Assembly (NCBI RefSeq): GCF_009914755.1
Contig: NC_060934.1
Strand: one strand, 5' to 3'
Source of the DNA: the human T2T-CHM13v2.0 reference genome, Homo sapiens
Length of the DNA stretch: 64,000 nt
Shown: in pieces, positions 12,646 through 27,875 of the stretch
How the letters are laid out: each line of letters opens with the position of its first letter
Position numbering within the stretch: position 1 is the stretch's first letter
Notes under the pieces: model-generated
What the model saw: only the letters and a program-made list of their open reading frames with translations
Told to the model about the DNA's origin: nothing
Databases searched by the model: none
Program-made: the position numbers and the translations under genes

Positions 12646-14842
12646 AGCGTTTACAGAATTGGGTTACATATTCACAGATCAACTTAGTAATAGAAAATTT
12701 TAGGTTTCTTTCAGGTGAGCACTAAACTGTGGGATACTTATGGTGGCATTCCTAATATGTTATTTGTTTTTATTTTTGTGGTAAATTATATATACAATAA
12801 AATTAACTATTTTAAAGTGTTCACTTTAGTAGGATTAAGTACACTCACATGCCCGCTGTCTGTCTCCAGAACTTATCCATCATCCCAAACTGAAACCCTG
12901 TGCCCATTAAACAATAACTCATCCCCCTTTCCTCCAGCTCCTCTTAAACATTTGTAGTTTGTCTTTAATATTTTAAATTATTTTATAATTAGTATATATG
13001 GACAACTTATAGAAATCTGGTTTATGTTTTGGAGGAAACTGTGATTGGATATGGGTTGCTGATGGTCGCATAAGAATGTTGAACAGTATTGTAGGCTGCC
13101 ATTGAGGTATTCTAAATACCTGATGTGCTTTAGAGAAGACTATAACATGTAAGTGGGTTGAGAGGGAAAAGAGGACATGAGTTTTCCAAAGACAAATTCA
13201 GGTAGAGTCTTTTGAAGTAGAGGAATGTTGTAGATTGGAATGCAGTTCAGAAGTGATTTGTGTTTCAGGCAACAATCTAGATTTAGAAAAAAAATTATTA
13301 TTGCTATTTGGTGTTAGCCTGAAATTTTGTAAAGTGCGGCGATCTTTTTAAGAGGACAGATTCAGAGATGGTGGAAGGACTTTAGGAGGAGCATTTCACT
13401 TTCAGTAATATTGTATTTTTTAAATCAAAATGATTTGTAACTAGTAATATATAGTAGAATCATTTAGAGGATAAATAAAATGAAATAATTCATATTATTT
13501 TAACCTTTTTTTCTCTTTTGGCTTCTTTTTTTAAAGTCATCTGTCTTAGAATTATGGTAGTTTGAAAAATATTCTTAGGTTTTAAAGGGGGAGAAAAGAG
13601 CTATTATTGTGAAGTTTCATTTAGTCAGAACTGTGACCAGGAAACATGGCTCTCAGTGGTGTTGTGAAAAATTTTTCTTAATTCCTTCTCTTAAAAAGGA
13701 AAAAACCAGACAAACCCATTTTCTGTCCTTTAAACTCACATATACATATGCATATGCATATATATTTATGTTTGTTGATTATATAAAGTATTTATTTCTT
13801 TTAAAAATAAGTATGTATTCACATGGCTCAAATGTTAAAACAATTTAAAAAGATGGACATTGACAAGTCTAATTCCTATCCCTGTTTCGCTGCTCTCATC
13901 TTCTATAAGTTACCACTTACGTAAATTTTGTATCTTTCCATTCTTTTACACAAATGTGAATACATTTTCCCCCCATTTACATGTAATAAGAATGTTGTAT
14001 ATATTCTTCTGCATTTATTACTTAATTACTTATCGTTACTTATTGACTACTTATTGTATCCTGTCAGTCTTAGAAATGTATTTCTTTTAAGTCTATTAGT
14101 ATTGGACAAATTTGGAAATTATTTTCTAGTTTAACATTAATTTTGGTTAGTGGCATGTAGAATATCTAATACATATACATAATTACTGAATGAAAATTAG
14201 TAATTTTTAGTAATTATCTCAATTTCAGAAAGCCTACTAGATGTAATCCCTGTTTACTTCATTTAAGTTGTAGTTTCTTTTTAAATCTTGAAATACTTGA
14301 TTATACCAAACCTAAAACTTTAACAAACATTCTGAAATTTTTTTCTAACGTCTCAAGATATTCACATGATTTTTACTGCGCAATTTCCAGTGTGTGAGTA
14401 ACTAGTGAAGAATGCCCAGCCAATTAGGTCATATGATGGGCTGAACAGCCTTCATTTGTTTAGAAATCAAGAGAACTTTCACAATGATAATAGCAGTTTT
14501 CTTTAACATGTCTTCACATAAATAATTTTTCTATGTTAGTGTTGATTGATTTGTTTATATTTATGTAAACATAGACGTGAGGATAAATACTGATTATCTT
14601 CAATAACAAGTTAAAATTAAAGTTCTGTAATTGACCTCTAGATTAAGTTTTGCTGTTATTTTATATGTTAACTGTCTTTGCTTAGCTTTAGCCAAAGATA
14701 TAGTTGACTAAAGGTGGAAAACATCATGTAACTTTTTCTTTACCCGACTAATGGATATGTTTTGGTACTAAATTTATTCTAACAGAATGAGAAAGATCAT
14801 ATGATAGTCATTATTGGTGTTTTGTGAAAAATACAAATGTAA

Positions 14843-15186
<344 letters not shown>

Positions 15187-15617
15187 TTTGGCTTTGTATT
15201 GTTTTGTCCTGGACTGGACTGTGACTATTTCCGGCCTTCAGTAGGAAGTTGAAAGAATATTTCCTGATTTTTGTAAGGGAAAAATAATCTCTGAGCTGGA
15301 TATTCTAGAGTTGAAAGGACAGCATCAGTAGAGAAACAGACCTCTTTCAAGTCTTTTTTTCTTCCTATAATCATATCCTCATTTTACAGGACTTTATCAT
15401 CAAAGTCTTTTAAATGCTCTTTTAAGAATAATCGTCACTTATTGACTACTTATTGTTTGCTAGACTCTGTTACAGTGCCCTATGAACATTTTGTTTGATT
15501 ATCACAGCAGTTCTAGGTACTGTAGATTCTCTCAACTTTCAAGTGAGAAATCTAATTGATATTTAGGATTCTTTTATATAACTTAAAATAGCGGAAGTGT
15601 TCCAGCAGAGTTAAATA

Positions 15618-15909
<292 letters not shown>

Positions 15910-15989
15910 CATAGAATTTTTTTTTTAAAACGTGATCTTGATTTCCATGTTTCACTCAGTTTCGTAACATGGCAGAATTTCTTTAATTC

Positions 15990-16790
15990 GTTTCATTCTC
16001 TTTGCGTTCGTCATTTTTTCTTTTATTTGTCAAATACTGAATGCCAAGTATCATGCTTTGGCTATACAGTGGTGAATAAAGCAGGCATAGCCTTTGCCGT
16101 CAATGGTGCTAGTATTCTAATGGTGGAAGATGTGAAATAAACAGATACTAACAGATGATGGTCAATAGCTAAGAAGCTAGTAACCAGAGTGCTATAATGG
16201 AAAATAAAAAGGTAGACTGGTATGAGGGGGTTACGTTTATGCTATAATTTTAATGTTGAAAAGAGACAGAGTTCAAAGCACTGCATCCCAGAAAGAAGCA
16301 ATAGTCTGTAGGTGAATGCTGAATGCTACAAGGTAGAGAAAACTTGATGCCTTCTAAGAACTTGAAAGTTACAGAGTAGCTGGAGCAGAAGTCAGTTGCC
16401 CTGAATGAGCGCAGAGCTGGGTTTCAGAGTGAGTTAGAAAAATAGAAGATGATGGTTGGAAGGTAGGATCCTTTAAATTAAAACTATAGAGGGTTTTCAG
16501 TTATTGGTAATGACAAGGTCTGATGACTCCAAGGTCCATCGGAGTTAATAAGATGTGATAGAAGTTGAAAAGCCAAGGTGTTGAAAGCATCACTTACACT
16601 GTAATTAAAAGCTCCAAGAATTAGGACAGGAGTGATGTTGGAGAGAGAGGCAGTGATCCAGTAGCTAAAATAATTGACAGGTGAAGGGGCATTTGAGATT
16701 TTTAAATAAACTGCAACATGAGGGGACTGACGTGATTGGAGCTGGGCAGTTTTAGGAAAGAGGGAGAGTGGTTTGGAAGAGGCAAGGGAA
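15990..16790 (-). mobile_element. L2 fragment
   Basis: tactgaatgccaag...ggctatacagtggtgaataaagcaggcatagcc; approximate. Confidence 0.6.
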
Positions 16791-16819
16791 ATGAATGCAC
16801 ATTGCTTAGCATAATGCAT

Positions 16820-18140
16820 ATTGAACAGATAGTACAGAGGTCAACTCCGACACAATTTCCCCAATTATTCACATATTTCATTAGTGTATATATTTGTTAC
16901 AAGATATGAACCAATATTGATACATTACTATTAACTAAAGTCCATAGTTTGCATTAAGGTACACTTTGTTTTGTATAGGTCAATGGGTTTTGACAGTGTA
17001 TATAATGACATGTGTCTACCATTGTGTAATGCCACGTATCTGTCATTACAGTACCATGCTGAATAGTTTTATCACCTTAAAATGACCTGTGCTCCATCTG
17101 TTCATTCCTTTCCTTCCTCTCTTTGCACTTTAAACAGCCACTGATCTTTTTACTGTTTACAAGTTTATCTTTTCCAAATGTTGTGTAATTGGGATCGTAG
17201 ACTATATAGCCTTTTCAGACTGGCATCTTTCACTTACCAGTATGCATTTAAGGTTCCTACGTGCCTTTTCGTGGCTCAGTAGTTCATTTCTTCTTATTGC
17301 TGAATACTCTTCCATTATATGGATGTTCTACAGTTTGTTTATTAACCTACTGAAGGACATCTTGTTGGCTCCCAGTTTTGGTGATTTTTAATAAAGCTGC
17401 TATAAACATGAATTTGCAGCCTTTTGTGTTGACATCGTTTTAAGTTCAGTTGGGTAAATATGTGAGAACATGATTGCTAGATCATATGGTAAGACTGTTT
17501 ATCTTTGTTAGAAGCCACCAGACTGTCCCCACAGTCTCAGTATGGTTTTGTTTTTTACATTCAAGTCTTTGATCTATTTGGAATTTATCCTGTTAGGCAG
17601 TATGAAGTATGGTTCTAACTTTATTCTTTTCTATTTGGCTACCAAATATCCCAACACCATTTACTGAATCGTCCATCTTTTTTTCTTCTGATTTGAAATA
17701 TTTCTTTTATATATTATATTTGCATATGTATTTAAGTCTGTTTTTCTCTTTTGACCCGTTGGTATGTGTCTAAACACATTCTGCTACCACATGGTTTTAA
17801 TTATTAATATGTTTTGACATTTGGTAGGATATGGTCTTGAGGTTTTTTTTTTTTTTTTCCGGAAATGTTGTTTTAGATATTCTTTCCCCTTCCTACTCTC
17901 CTTAAATAAACTTTCAAATTGAGTTGACTGGGTTAAAAACAAAACTTTCTGTTTAAATTGGCCTAGTTTTAAATTAACAAATTTATGTCTTTATGATATT
18001 AAATCTTCCTATCCGAGAACATAGCATCTCTTTTTGTTTATAACCTTTAGTAGTGTTTTTAAGTTTTCCTCTTAAAAGTCTTGTACATTTTTTGTAATGT
18101 TTCGTCTGAGGTATTTTGTCCTTTTTGCTGCTGTTTCAGT
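16820..18140 (-). mobile_element. L1MC 3' end plus older L1M fragment
   Basis: gaaccaatattgatacattactattaactaaagtccatagttt; tgaaggacatcttg; approximate. Confidence 0.75.
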
Positions 18141-18177
18141 GGGGTTTTTCTTTCACTGATTGGGAATTTCCCTTCTT

Positions 18178-18521
18178 TTTCTTTCTTTCTTTTTTTTTTT
18201 TTCTGAGATGGAGTCTCGCTCTGTCACCCAGGCTGTAGTGCAGTGGCGCAATCTCAGCTCACCGCAAATGCCGCCTCCCAGGTTCACACCGTTCTCCTGC
18301 CTCAGCCTCCCCAGTAGCTGGGACTACAGGCACCCGTCCCTATGCCCTATGCCCGGCCAATTCTTTTCTTTTCTTTTTTTTTTTTTTTTTTTTTTTGTAT
18401 TTTTAGTAGACACGTGGTTTCACCATGTTAGCCAGGATGGTCTCGATCTCCTGACTTCGTGATCCGCCCATCTCGGCCTCCCAAAGTGCTGGGATCACAG
18501 GCGTGAGCCACTGCGCCCAGC
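18178..18521 (-). mobile_element. AluY with expanded middle A-rich linker
   Basis: 17-bp TSD tgggaatttcccttctt at 18161-18177 and 18522-18538. Confidence 0.95.
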
Positions 18522-19290
18522 TGGGAATTTCCCTTCTTAAAGGGTAGACGGGATTATAGCATCTGTGTATCTGGAAGAGAATGATGCACTTTGAGGGGGA
18601 AATTGAGATGATGATTCAGGAGAGAATTGGGATAACAACAGAAGTCAAGTTGTTGACTAGGCAATAGGGAATGGGATCCGATGCGAGCTGATTTTTCTAT
18701 CTTTACTTGCCTAGACAATGATTTTACTTTTTTATTTTACTAAGTCTTAAAAACATCGTATATTTTATAGAATGAGACTTATAGAATTCTAATGACTGTT
18801 GTGCTTGTTTTGCAGATGAGAAAACTAAAGCCCTGAGATTTTTAATGTGACTTGTCTAAAACGAGTGAGCAGAGGCAAAATTAGAAGTCAGATTTCTTTA
18901 CTTCCCATTTTATGTTTTTTTCTACCTTCACTGTGCTGTGTGCTTAGGTGCTTGTATGAGCAGTTATATTTGAAGGTTAAAATTATGAATCAAGACATAC
19001 CAATCTTACATTAAAGTTTTTGGTGATTCCTCTCTCCCCATACGTTATGTTACATTGTGTTTTGTTTGACTGAAATATACCTTAGTGTTACATGGTCTAG
19101 AAAACTCAAAATATCATCGTACTGAATTTAATCCTCAATATTTTAGTTCAGCATGTAGAAGTTTAGTTTATCTGCTTTTCTAATGAAGTCCTTTGGGACT
19201 TACATGAACATGTTTGTTAAATAATAGTCAAATAACGTCACTGTATATATTTATCTATATTCACGTTCCATTATCTCATAAGAAATGCCT

Positions 19291-20085
19291 CCGGGAGGGA
19301 GGTGGGGGGGGTCAGCCCCCCCGCCCGGCCAGCCGCCCCGTCCGGGAGGTGAGGGGCGCCTCTGCCCGGCCGCCCCTACTGGGAAGTGAGGAGCCCCTCT
19401 GCCCAGCCAGCCGCCCCGTCCAGGAGGGAGGTGGGGGGGTCAGCCCCCCGCCCGGCCAGCCGCCCCGTCCGGGAGGTGAGGGGCGCCTCTGCCCGGCCGC
19501 CCCTACTGGGAAGTGAGGAGCCCCTCTGCCTGGCCACCACCCCGTCTGGGAGGTGTGCCCAACAGCTCATTGAGAACGGGCCAGGATGACAATGGCGGCT
19601 TTGTGGAATAGAAAGGCGGGAAAGGTGGGGAAAAGATTGAGAAATCGGATGGTTGCCGTGTCTGTGTAGAAAGAAGTAGACATGGGAGACTTTTCATTTT
19701 GTTCTGCACTAAGAAAAATTCCTCTGCCTTGGGAATCCTGTTGATCTGTGACCTTACCCCCAACCCTGTGCTCCCTGAAACATGTGCTGTGTCCACTCAG
19801 GGTTAAATGGATTAAGGGCGGTGCAAGATGTGCTTTGTTAAACAGATGCTTGAAGGCAGCATGCTCGTTAAGAGTCATCACCAATCCCTAATCTCAAGTA
19901 ATCAGGGACACAAACACTGAGGAAGGCCGCAGGGTCCTCTGCCTAGGAAAACCAGAGACCTTTGTTCACTTGTTTATCTGCTGACCTTCCCTCCACTATT
20001 GTCCCATGACCCTGCCAGATCCCCCTCTGTGAGAAACACCCAAGAATTATCAATAAAAAAAAAATAAAAAAAAAAAAAAAAAAAA
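19291..20085 (+). mobile_element. 5'-truncated SVA (E/F-like): VNTR, SINE-R and poly(A)
   Basis: GC-rich VNTR units at 19291 to about 19560; SINE-R (gaaagaagtagacatgggagac, gtgtccactcagggttaaatgg); AATAAA at 20052; A tail; perfect TSD aagaaatgcct at 19280-19290 and 20086-20096. Confidence 0.96.
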
Positions 20086-21689
20086 AAGAAATGCCTACTT
20101 AATAAGCTTAACATTAAGGGAATAATTTGATATTTGTACTCTATATTTTGCTCCTTTTATATGTTGTGTGGATTATGTTTTATGTAATGTATGTTACAAA
20201 TCAAATTTGCATTTTGAATATGTTCAGTATATAAAGATTGCATTATTTCTGTTGTGATTTCTTTTGTACTTTTATATTAGAATTCTCTTACAGTCTGTGA
20301 CATGCCTTCATGCTTATGAAAGGCATCTAAATAAGGCTCTACTCAGTATTCAAGGAGCATTCATATTATCTCTTAATTTCTAAAAATATTTAGTTCATTC
20401 AGCAAAGATTTGAGTTCCCATGTCTTTTAGCTGCTGTGTGTCTGCTAGGTCCTGGTATACTAAGACCTATAAAAGCTATGCATGCACATACTCCTCCTTC
20501 CTCCAATATAGACGTACATATGTCCTTGAATGGTAAACCACAGTAAAGCTTTTTTTGTAGCATTTTAGATGAAGATGTAATGTTTAAATCACTCTAAAAT
20601 AACTTTGAAAGCTACAGTTGTAAAAGCAAAGATAAAAAATGAAACATTTTTGTGCTTTCAAGAACTAACATTGTTGAGAGTCTCTAAATCCCTGGCATGA
20701 GTCTAGGAGTTTTGTATTAACATTCTGATAAGGAGGTATTAGACATCTCCTCTTTTACAGATGAGGTCTGTCAAAGCTTCAAATCGTTTTTCTACTGTAT
20801 CACAATGCTTCTTTTGTTTAGTAATGGTTTTCAGCCTGGGTGGTATTGCTCCATTAGGGATGGTTTCAGGTGTCCCATGATAGGCGGGTTACTACTGATG
20901 TTACTGATGTAGTAACTAGCAGGGATCAGGGATGCAACATGCCAGATAGTCTTTCACTAGTGTCCTTGTACGTTTTTAGTCTGACATAGGTTATTAGAGG
21001 TTAACCATGCAAACATATTTGTTAACCATGTTTTTTATTATTGCTATTGATAATTTTTGTTTTGATCATTTTTCTTTTATATTTGCAATACTTTTAGGCA
21101 AATACCCTGTTATTTTGTTATGTCCTGAGAGAGGGATAATGAAGAGGTGATATCCTCATTTTGAAAAGTTGATTGGTCTAAAAATCATTTATTAATTTAG
21201 TAATATATACAGGAATTAGAATTTAAATTTACTGTCTTTTCAATGACAATAATTTCCTTTAGAGTATACAATCTTCCTGTCACTGCTCGGCATATGGTTT
21301 TTATGATACTAAAAAGTACTTTTCAACTGAGATATAGAGCTATTTGAAATAGGAGAATTTTCAAAAGTTTTATACAGCATAGGATGTCACAAATCTTGAC
21401 TCCTTTTTCCAACAATAGCTTTAAATATTCTTGGCTTCCTCCTATATAGCAATGGAAATACCTTTTCAGATAATCTCACTAACTGGTGACCGCGCCTAAC
21501 ATTGAGCTATAGATCTCTCATAACTGTACAACAGTATACCTATAAGTAGATAGACATTTGTAAATAATATAGTGACATTGTTGAAAACTTACTGTGGGCC
21601 ATTCAAAGACATTTGAAATTTCACTTTTCTTGGAAAAGAGAATTGCAAGAATGCAAAATTGCTTTTAGTTTTCCTTGATCCTCTGACTG

Positions 21690-22040
21690 TAGAATTGAGC
21701 TGTATCATATACATGTTTAACCTACTGAATTTAACTGTATTCTTTTCCAGCCTCCTCAGATTTTTTCCCAAAAAACTTGTGCCTGCCAATTCATTTAGTG
21801 AGCTTGTATGTGCTGTCTCACAATTACAATTCCCACTTTTCTCATAGCATCAATACCTTGCTGTGCTGAGGGCCATTCTTGCTCGGAGCATGCATATTTT
21901 ATCTAACATAGTCCTGTATGCAAGCCAGCTTCTTCAGCTGTTGCTCAAAGTAACAGTTTTGCTTTAATAATTGAGGAAAAGTTGGCTGTATTGGACACAT
22001 TTGAGAGACGGTTCATGAGTTCTCCAATAGTTAAATCCCT
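21690..22040 (+). mobile_element. Ancient TcMar-Tigger remnant (Tigger15a-like) with a transposase N-terminal relic
   Basis: Translation from about 21910 gives SPVCKPASSAVAQ...LIIEEKLAVLDTFER, resembling the start of a Tigger/CENP-B HTH. Confidence 0.5.
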
Positions 22041-23552
22041 AATCAAAGAAAATGGAGTAACTGCAGTTTTGGCCTTTATACCTTGACTTTGGAAACTGAC
22101 CTTAAGAATGTTGTTCTTCTGTGACATCTTACAGCAGTGTTATGGTCATTTATCAAATGATAAGAGAAGTAGGTATTTTTAGGTGGAAAACTGGGAAAAG
22201 TGAGAGATAATTCTCCTTTCCCTGTTCTTTGTCCCTGCCCCTGACCCCTATCTTTTTCTTTTCCCATCTCAAGATAAGGAAAAGAGAGGATGTGTCTTAC
22301 AAAAAGTTTTAAAATACCAAAATGGGGTTTTAAGAAGCTTTTTGAGAGAGATGAGGATTTGCCCACCCTTTAAACAGGTAGGTGATGGAAACCTTTGGTA
22401 GACTCTTCTAAGTGCACGTGCAGATTTTCTCTTACCATGTATTTTTACAAAATATTTTGTGTTTATTGCCACCCGTCTCTTCTCACATCCTCTGTTCCTC
22501 CCAGCACTACTTATTGTGCGTTTTCCCCCTCATGGCTTTATTATAGTTCTATTAACTACATTTTATGAAAGGATGTATGTTTTCCACTTAGTGAACTCAG
22601 TGGAAGATACACAGAACTTGGTAATAAATAGAACTTTATAAGGAAGATGACTTATTCTAAATATTAGTTGTACAATAGTGAAAAGCAGTATTTTTCGTGT
22701 TTTGCTCAGTGACTTTTTTTTGAGCATCAGCCACGTTGAAGGCACAATTCTAGGCCCCATTCGCAATGACAGTGTTTTAACTTCAGTCACGGGAGAGCAA
22801 CAGCAGTTGCTAAATAATTCTTATTTTCATTTTCTCAAATTTCAGTTGACAGTTTATTATGTGCCAGAGGGCATGGTTAAGGAGTGGCATGCCAAGGATG
22901 AGCTGTGTAACCCTGGGCCCTGCCTTCAGCAGCCCTCATGATGGGGAGATAAGTAGTTAAGGAGAAAAACCACGCAAACCAACCCAACAGAAGAGAGGTG
23001 TTAAATGCTAAAGCTTTATCATGTGATGGTGAAGAGCACAGACTCTGGAGTCAGATTGTCTGCTTGTGAGGTTCTCAGCACAGCATCTAACACAAAGCAG
23101 GCACTCCCTAAGCGTTAACTATTAGTGTTACAACTATTATCTGACAGATTTAGTTCAATATTTGAGTTTGCAGGAGGAATACCTAACATTCCAGGCACAG
23201 CTTGATGTGGGGAGCTGTCAAGGGCCTAAGTTCCTCAGTTTAAGAGATGTGTAAGCTCTGATCTGTAGGATGAGTAAGCGTTGACTAAGAACAGCAGGGC
23301 GGGAGAGTCCTTGCGAGGGACTGGAGGTCCAAGAGAGCAGGGTTTTGAGAAGTGATCCAGGGATGAGATTCATGGCTGGCTTTTGTAAGCCTGACCTGAT
23401 TTAGTCTTTATAAACTTGAAGTGAATTTATTTAAATATGTATTATGTTTAAGTTATGTTTTAAACAGAGATTAAAAGAAGACCCAAACAATTCTAAATAA
23501 TATGACTTAGTACTGTTCAAACCTACCAGCCGTCAGCTTCCTTTGTTAGAGG

Positions 23553-24100
23553 CTGTTCTAGTTATCTCTTACTACACAACTCTTAGTAGTAACTGTCCTA
23601 ACACTTAGCTTAAAAGAGCAGTTTATTATATCTCAAAGTTATGTGGGTTAACAGCTGGGCAGTTCTTGCGTGGGGTCTGTCATGAAGTTGTAGTCACATA
23701 GTGCCTGGGACTAGGGTCATCTGAAGGCTTCACTGGGATGGATGCTTAGTATGGTGAGCAGTGATGGTCGACCATCACCTGGGACCTCACCTGGCTATCA
23801 GGTGAAACTCTTACCCAAGGCCTCTGCTTGTGGCTTGAGCTTCTCACAGAATGGTGGTGGGTTCCCAGAGGGAGCATCCTAAGAGCTAGTGCTCCAGGAG
23901 ACCCAAATGTACTCCACATGGCTTCTTGTAAGTTATGTGTCTCAGAATGTCACTTCCACTATATTTTATTGGTCAAGCAAGTCACTGAAGTCAGTCCAGG
24001 TTCAAGGGGAGGGTTGTTAGATGTCACCTCTTGAAGGGAAATGGTAAGTTCATGTCAAAGGAATTATTATCATAGTTATCTTTGGAATACATAATTTGCC
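23553..24100 (-). mobile_element. MaLR solo LTR (MLT1H-like)
   Basis: cagctgggcagttcttgc, gggtcatctgaaggct, gtcacttccactatattttattggtcaagcaagtcac. Confidence 0.7.
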
Positions 24101-24490
24101 TGAGGCCTGTTAGTTCCATAAGTGTTGAATCAGAACTTTGAACTTAACAAAACAATGAAAAATACCATTAGAAAAAAACAATTCTAATAAACAAAATTAT
24201 AAATTCCACTTTTGATACTTGAGACACTCAATCCTTAAGAATGGAATGACAAAATGTGATACAAGGGTTTCTTCATTTTTAAATCTAACATTTAATTATG
24301 ACTTTTGACATGGAAAAAATTGTTCTGTGTTGAAAGATGTACCCATTTGTGTGTATTTATAAATATGAACAGCTGACAGATAGGGAATCTTAACTGATTA
24401 GGTAGTCATGAAGATTTTCTTTCATGGTGCCTTTTCATCGCTTGGTTTTAGACACATGGCCTGATACAGCTTTTAGTTTATGAACATTCA

Positions 24491-24887
<397 letters not shown>

Positions 24888-25925
24888 CTATGTTTATGTC
24901 ACAGTTTTAACTTATACAGGGATTCACTTAAGTTTTAGAAAAAAACACTAGGCTAGACTATGAACTTCATGAAGCAGGGTCAGTCTCTTCTTGTTCACTA
25001 CTTTATTCCTAAAGCCTTGCATAATGCTTGTCACCTAGAAGGTAATTAATGAACGTTAGTTATGGAAAGTATTATTAACAGAGTTCTTTGGTACCTATTG
25101 AATTTTTTTTTTAACAGTGACTCTCTAATTTTTATGGCGGTGATTCACCCTGAAAGTCTTGCTTACCTAATTAGATTAATCCAAAGGGCCGGTATCCTTT
25201 TGCACTGATACCTACAAATAGCACTCCATGTGGTGGAATCAGATTATCTGAGTACTTCCAACACGATGAATGGGCAAAAATGAGAAGTTTTCTTAATTTA
25301 CCATTAGATCAGAGAAGTGACTGCTGATAGAATTCATTAAAAAAAAAATCTGTCCTTTGCACATTTGCCCTAAGAGCTTCAAGTTCTGCAGAGTTTGTGT
25401 TTTGTTTGGGAAATTAGAAAGGTCTATTGCAAAAGAAAGCACAGTAGCACAGTTTGGATATTTGTGTGTGAAGATTGATTGATTAAGGAAGGTTCACGAC
25501 TTAATTTTCATTTACTTCCAGGCATGAGCTGACTTATTTTTAATAGTTATGACTTCACCTAGAAACTGAATGGTTGAGAGTGGTATGATGGGGCAGGAGT
25601 GGGTATAAGGAGGATGTGATAGAGAGGAGCTCCATCTTAAATCTCCTTTCTTTGAATCTGACAGTGCAGTTTGTTGAGATAGGAGTAATACTGGTAAATA
25701 ATGAAATTGAATTTGATGCTTTCAGTTCATCAGCTGACATATGTAGGCAGTTATGTACATTCCTGCAAAGTCTGTTCTTTGTCTGGTCTGTGATTTGAGA
25801 AAAAGACATTGGAAGCTGCAACGGTATAGAAATACTGCCCCCTTTTCTTTTACCCTCTTACGAACTATATGACCCAGATCTATTCATAAAAAGATGATTT
25901 TGTGGATGAACATAGTTTTGGCTGT

Positions 25926-26054
25926 TGTGACCATAACATCCAATTTGCCTTGGACAATTGTAGTTTATGCCTGCTGTTCCTCTGTTATGTCCAGTTAACA
26001 CCACCTTTCACTCGCGAAAGGGTACTGCCATAGAGAATGAATTATATAGACACC
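25926..26054. mobile_element. MER81-like hAT MITE
   Basis: gtgaccata...tttgccttggacaa...ctttcactc...aattatatagacacc. Confidence 0.6.
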
Positions 26055-27564
26055 ATGCTTGTAATCAACTTTCATTTGTCATTGGAAGGATAATAGCCAG
26101 AAGTATACTCACGTTAAATTCACTTATAATCCCCAAACCTTTTTAAAAAGTAGTGTTTTAACCATACTTTTAATTACTTGGTAAGATTTAATAATTATAC
26201 ATATATATATATATAAAAGTTCAGTATTACCTATCTGGTGGAAATACTAAAAACTGAATTAAAAATGCATAGGACAGAATGAAACAGTTCATAATAGTGG
26301 TTAAGTTCTGTTTTGTAGACAGTTCTGAAGGGATTTTTAAGCTAGTATGTAAAAAGATACTGCTGTGTTTGCACAAACAAGGTGTTCATCAGCGCTTCAT
26401 TCTTACTGGCTTTGCAGCTCTGTCCTTTTAATGGTTCAGTAGCCAATTTTATTTTGGTGCCAGAGATATCTTTGCTTTGGTTTTTACAATTGGCTGTGGT
26501 AAAACAACATAGGAATGTCTAAAATAAAAAGGAATAGTTTCATTTCAACAACCCTTTCCCCACCATCCTTTCCAAAAGTCACAGTTTAGGTTTCCTACCT
26601 TAAAAAAAAGTGGTTTATAAACAAAATACATAATCAATTTTATTTAACATTTGGTAAAGAAAGTATACAGGATTATTTTCTAAAATATTGAGCTGAATCA
26701 TCTTTAGATTATTTTTTACTGATTTTAATTTTAGTATTCAAATAATTCTTTATATCTGGCCTTTACCATGCATTGAAATGATTGTTTTGTGTTTTTATGT
26801 CGGCATGGTATTCACAACTGCAAGTCAGTATGGGGTCACGGACCCTGGCTCCTAAAATAAGTCCAACTGTGAAAAAGGCAAAATCTAAATAATAGTGTTA
26901 AAGTACATAATTTCTTCAGTCTAATGATGCTGCTATCCAAAAATTTTAATCTCTTACAAAATCAGTAAAGTAGAAGAAAAAAGTTTTAGGATTAAAAAAA
27001 TTGAATGCTTGGCACATAATAGACATTCAGTCAATATTAGTTCTTTTGTGTGTTGTTTCTCCCTTCACCATGCTCTTTAGGTGGAAGCAGCCTCACAGGC
27101 AGTTGAGCATCCTTAAAATCAGGAATCCTACCTTGTATCCTAATTTTTCTATATAATTATTAAAAAGGATTTTTTTGTATTTATTACAGTGCTAACTAAT
27201 TATACTTAAGCATATTGCTTTGCTTTCCAGGGCTCATTGGAGTTCAAATTGCCCGATAAAAGTTTTTACTTTTATAAATACATATATATTTCACATACCA
27301 TCAAATTTACCATTTTAGAATATACAATTCAGTGGGTTTTAATATGTTCATAAGTTTGTGCAACAGTATCTAATTCCTGAACAATCATCATCCCAAAAAG
27401 AAAGCTGTACTCATTAGCAGTCACTCCCATTCCCACCTCTCCTCATTCCTGGAAACCACTAATCTACTTTCTATCTGTGTGGATTTGCCTGTTGTAGACA
27501 TTTCATATAAATGGAGCTCTGCAATACATGTTCTTTTGTGATCAACTTTCTTCATGTGGTGTAA

Positions 27565-27875
<311 letters not shown>

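Noticed and set aside
19291-19560. Repeat units of about 37-49 bp that could be mistaken for a CRISPR array
   Set aside because: No unique spacers or cas genes; this is the SVA VNTR in eukaryotic DNA.
19214-19884. Five overlapping ORFs on both strands
   Set aside because: Products of the GC-rich SVA VNTR and SINE-R; SVA is non-autonomous.
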